From positions 160,001-224,000 of the forward strand of contig CAVPSB010000002.1 of NCBI GenBank assembly GCA_963708025.1: 64,000 bases of DNA, given 5' to 3'. The notes beneath the pieces were generated by a model that saw only the letters and a list, made by a program, of their open reading frames with translations, was not told where the DNA came from and searched no databases. Numbering within the stretch: position 1 is the first letter of the stretch; the number at the start of each line of letters is the position of its first letter. Below, one piece after another: positions 60,820 to 64,000 of this stretch. The stretch comes from an uncultured Candidatus Rokubacteria bacterium (GTDB lineage: Bacteria; Methylomirabilota; Methylomirabilia; Rokubacteriales; DASRDR01). A program made the position numbers and the translations under genes.

Positions 60820-62969
60820 GAAAGGGCAAGTCGGGGCCGGGGCCGGCGGCGCCCCCGCGGGTCTCGTTCGCCGACGTGTCCGGCATCCTGCAGCCGGCCT
60901 CGATCGCGGTCGTCGGCGCGTCCGACCGGCCGGGCAACCTGGGCGGCGATACCGTTCGCCACCTGGTGCGGTTCGGGTACCCGGGGCCGGTGTGGCCGGT
61001 CAACCCGCAGCACGAGCGGGTCGGCGGGCTGCCCTGTTACCCGAGCCCCGCGCGGCTGCCGGGGGTGGCCGAACTGGTGGTGCTGGCCGTTCCCGCCGGC
61101 GCTGTCCTCGACGCCATCGCCGAGTGCGCCGCCGCCGGGACCCGGAACGGCATCGTTTACGCGGGGGGCTTCGCCGAGGCCGGCGGCGCCGGCGTCGGCC
61201 TCCAGGACGCGCTGGTGGACCTCTGCCGCCGGACCGACTTCCGGCTGTGCGGGCCCAACTGCGTGGGCGTGATCAACGCCGCCATGCCGATGACGGCGAC
61301 GTTCGCCACGGCGCTCCAGGAAGTCGACCGGCTCCTGCCCGGCGCGATCTCGATGGTGAGCCAGAGCGGCGGGATCGCCACCAGCACCCTGGCCCTCGCC
61401 CACCAGGCGGGATTCGGCTTCCGCCATCTGATCAGCACCGGCAACGAGGCCCGGCTCGACTTCGCCGACTACCTCCACGCGCTGGCCCACGACGAGGGCA
61501 CGCGCGTCATCGCGGGGTACCTGGAAGGGGTCGCCGACGGCGAGAAGCTGCTGGCGGCGCTGGCGGAGGCGCGCGACCGACGGAAGCCGGTGGTCCTGAT
61601 GAAGGCCGGCACCACCCGGGCCAGCGCCCAGGCCGCCCAGGCCCACACCGGCGCGCTGGTCGGGGAAGACCGGGTGTACGACGCCGTCTTCCGCGAGCTG
61701 GCGGTCATCCGCGTGTACTCGATCGAGGAGCTGGTGGACGTCGCCCTGATGGCCAGCGGGATCGATGACGGCCGGCTGCCGAGCGGCCCCGGAGTCGGCA
61801 TCGTGACGTTCGGCGGCGGCAACGGGGTCCTCGCCGCGGATCAGTGCGCCCAGCACGGGCTATCCACCCCCACCCTCCGGGGCCGATCGGTCAGGCGCCT
61901 GAAGCAGCTGCTCGTCCCCGTCGCCTCGGCCGCGAACCCCATGGACCTCACGCCCCAGACCGCGTTCCGGCCCGAGTGGATGGCCCGGCTGCCGGAGGCC
62001 CTCGACGTCGTGGCCGCCGAGCGGGACATCCAGGCGCTGCTGGTCATCGTGGGATCGCTGGCTTCCCGCGCCACCGAGATCTCGGACGTCATCGTCGGGC
62101 TCCGGAAGCGCGCGCCCAAGCCGGTCTGCGTGAGCTGGCCGAGCGCTCCCCGGGGCGTGACCGAGCGGCTGGCGGGCGAGGGGATCTACGCCTTCGCCGA
62201 GCCCGCGCGCGGCGTGCGCGCGCTCAGCCGGCTGGTCCGGTACCGGACGAACCTGGCGCGGCCCCGCCATCCGGCGCGGGTCCGGCTGCCGAGCCTCGAC
62301 TGGTCCGCCTTCGTCCCGACCGGGAGCACCCCGACGGTCGTCCCGGAGCCGCAGTGCCACCGGATCCTCGCGGCGGGCGGGCTGGCGGTGGCGCCGGGGC
62401 GGGCGGTGACCTCGGCGGCGGGCGCCGCCCGCGCGGCGGCCGCCCTGGGCTTTCCGGTGGCCCTCAAGGCCGTCTCCTCCGCCGTCACCCATCGCGCCGC
62501 CGCCGGGCTCGTCGCGCTCGACGTCCGCACCGGCGCGGAGCTGGCCGCGGCCTACCGGCGGCTGATGGCGCGCGCGCGCACGCTGCGCCAGGAGGTGGAC
62601 GGCGTCTACGTCCAGCGCATGGTGCCCGGCGGGGTGGAGCTCCTGGTGTCGGCCTTTCGCGACCCGCTGTTCGGGACCATGGTCACCTGCGGCGCCGGGG
62701 GGATCCTGACGGAGGTCCTCGACGACGTGATCGTGGAGCGGGCGCCGGTCGACGGCCGTCTCGCGCGCGATCTACTGGGCCGCCTGCGCGTGACGCGCCG
62801 GCCCGACGCGCGACTGGACCCCCGGGCGGCGGCGGAGTTCGTCGCGCGCTTCTCCCGGCTGGCCTCGGCCGCACCGTGGCGCCGGTTCGTCCTGGAAGTG
62901 AACCCCGTCAAGTGGACGCCGGAGGGCGCGACCGCTGTCGACGGCCTCCTGGTGATCGAGGAGTTCTGA
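60816..62969 (+). CDS. Second acetate-CoA ligase (ADP-forming) family acyl-CoA synthetase
   Basis: Paralog of 46033..48156: SIAVVGAS, GPNCVG, AHTG, EVNP. Confidence 0.88.
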   Translation: MRKGKSGPGPAAPPRVSFADVSGILQPASIAVVGASDRPGNLGGDTVRHLVRFGYPGPVWPVNPQHERVGGLPCYPSPARLPGVAELVVLAVPAGAVLDAIAECAAAGTRNGIVYAGGFAEAGGAGVGLQDALVDLCRRTDFRLCGPNCVGVINAAMPMTATFATALQEVDRLLPGAISMVSQSGGIATSTLALAHQAGFGFRHLISTGNEARLDFADYLHALAHDEGTRVIAGYLEGVADGEKLLAALAEARDRRKPVVLMKAGTTRASAQAAQAHTGALVGEDRVYDAVFRELAVIRVYSIEELVDVALMASGIDDGRLPSGPGVGIVTFGGGNGVLAADQCAQHGLSTPTLRGRSVRRLKQLLVPVASAANPMDLTPQTAFRPEWMARLPEALDVVAAERDIQALLVIVGSLASRATEISDVIVGLRKRAPKPVCVSWPSAPRGVTERLAGEGIYAFAEPARGVRALSRLVRYRTNLARPRHPARVRLPSLDWSAFVPTGSTPTVVPEPQCHRILAAGGLAVAPGRAVTSAAGAARAAAALGFPVALKAVSSAVTHRAAAGLVALDVRTGAELAAAYRRLMARARTLRQEVDGVYVQRMVPGGVELLVSAFRDPLFGTMVTCGAGGILTEVLDDVIVERAPVDGRLARDLLGRLRVTRRPDARLDPRAAAEFVARFSRLASAAPWRRFVLEVNPVKWTPEGATAVDGLLVIEEF

Positions 62970-62971
62970 GC

Positions 62972-63805
62972 GTGCGCGGATCGCTCGCCGCCGACTGCCA
63001 TGCCCACGCCTTCTGCGGCGCGGAGTACGCCTACTCGGCGGACACGGTGTACGTGCCGCACCCGAGCCAGGCGGGCACGACGGAGAAGTTCCTGGCCGTG
63101 CTCGACGCGCACGGCTTCACGCACGGCCTGCTGGTGGGCGCCGGGCCCTACGGGCCCGACAACCGGTGCTTGCTCCGCGGCCTGGCCACCGCGCCGGGAC
63201 GCCTGAAAGGCATCGCGCTGGTCCGGGCCGACATCGGCGACCGGGAGCTGGCGTCCCTGGCCGAGGGAGGCGTGGTGGGCATCCGGATCAACCTGTCCAC
63301 GCACGGCCTCTCCCAGCTCACGGAGCCGGGGGCCGATCGACTGCTCGCCCGGATGCGGGAGATGAAGTGGCTCGTCCAGGTCCACTGCGAGCGGGACGAG
63401 CTGGTCGAGGCGGCGCCCATCCTGTGCCGGGCCGGGGTGCGCGTGATGATCGATCACTTCGGCCGGCCGGACGTCGCGCGGGGCCCCGGCCAGCCGGGGT
63501 TCCGGACGCTGCTCGAGCTCGGCCGGTCGGGGGACGCGGTGGTGAAGCTCTCGGGGCCGTTCCGGTCGTCGGTGGAGGGCTACCCGTACCGGGACGTGGA
63601 TCCTTTCGTGGCGGCGGCGATCGAGGCGTTCACGCTGGACCGCTGCGTGTGGGGCTCCGACTGGCCCTTCGTCCGCCTGGACGAGCGCATGGACTACGGT
63701 CCGGGGCTCGCCTGCCTGCGGCGCTGGCTGCCGGATCCGGGGGACCGGGAGGTGGTGCTGTGGGACACCCCGGCGCGCCTCTTCGGATTCCGTGGCTCAT
63801 CTTGA
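62972..63805 (+). CDS. Amidohydrolase_2 family protein (LigI / 2-pyrone-4,6-dicarboxylate lactonase-like)
   Basis: DCHAH, YGPDN, GIR, IDHFG, VKLSG, WGSDWP. Confidence 0.85.
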   Translation: MRGSLAADCHAHAFCGAEYAYSADTVYVPHPSQAGTTEKFLAVLDAHGFTHGLLVGAGPYGPDNRCLLRGLATAPGRLKGIALVRADIGDRELASLAEGGVVGIRINLSTHGLSQLTEPGADRLLARMREMKWLVQVHCERDELVEAAPILCRAGVRVMIDHFGRPDVARGPGQPGFRTLLELGRSGDAVVKLSGPFRSSVEGYPYRDVDPFVAAAIEAFTLDRCVWGSDWPFVRLDERMDYGPGLACLRRWLPDPGDREVVLWDTPARLFGFRGSS

Positions 63806-63844
63806 TGTACAGGTATTGACATGAAAGTGGCAACCAAGTAGCGT
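63802..63844 (+). promoter_or_regulatory. Sigma70 promoter TTGACA-N17-TAGCGT, twin of the gntR promoter
   Basis: 32/43 identical to 43042-43084. Confidence 0.75.
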
Positions 63845-63951
63845 CGCCGGCAGGCGGCCGGCGGTCGGCTGCGCGCCGTCGCGACACCCCGGCCCGCCCG
63901 CGCCGCGCGACCTCCGGTCAACCGAAACCGATCGACGAGGGGGACAGACGC

Positions 63952-64000
63952 ATGCTTGGCGGGTACATCAGCGATCTGGAGGCGGGGGACGTCTTCGAGC
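63952..64000 (+). CDS. 5' fragment of a gene, possibly a MaoC/hot-dog dehydratase
   Basis: MLGGYISDLEAGDVFE resembles the Y.EDLEVG N-terminus of MaoC proteins; truncated by the window edge. Confidence 0.4.
   Translation, partial: MLGGYISDLEAGDVFE

Overview
This is a very GC-rich bacterial chromosomal window (about 70%+ GC by eye), packed with catabolic and transport genes. The gene content and intergenic repeats suggest Ca. Rokubacteria/Methylomirabilota, but this is inference only. It encodes a FadB-type beta-oxidation enzyme, a LigAB-type ring-cleavage dioxygenase, two Liv-type ABC systems, three MetE-like (Meth_synt_2) Zn enzymes, Hsp20-Lon and SSADH. A GntR-headed co-directional catabolic cluster at 43-64 kb carries TTT, ABC and TRAP transporters plus two ADP-forming acyl-CoA ligases. 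I saw no rRNA, tRNA, CRISPR, integrase or transposase. About 11 single-base frameshifts in otherwise intact genes look like sequencing or assembly indels. The most unusual signals are non-coding: (1) a dispersed C-tract/G-tract repeat that sits inside operons and ends in the Shine-Dalgarno site of the next gene; (2) its expansion into a 6 x ~100 bp tandem array upstream of a Zn-dehydrogenase; (3) a hicB-hicA module inserted in a liv operon between 98-bp direct repeats; (4) two near-identical 43-bp promoters 20.8 kb apart; (5) a symmetric bidirectional promoter; (6) several modular REP-like palindrome families.
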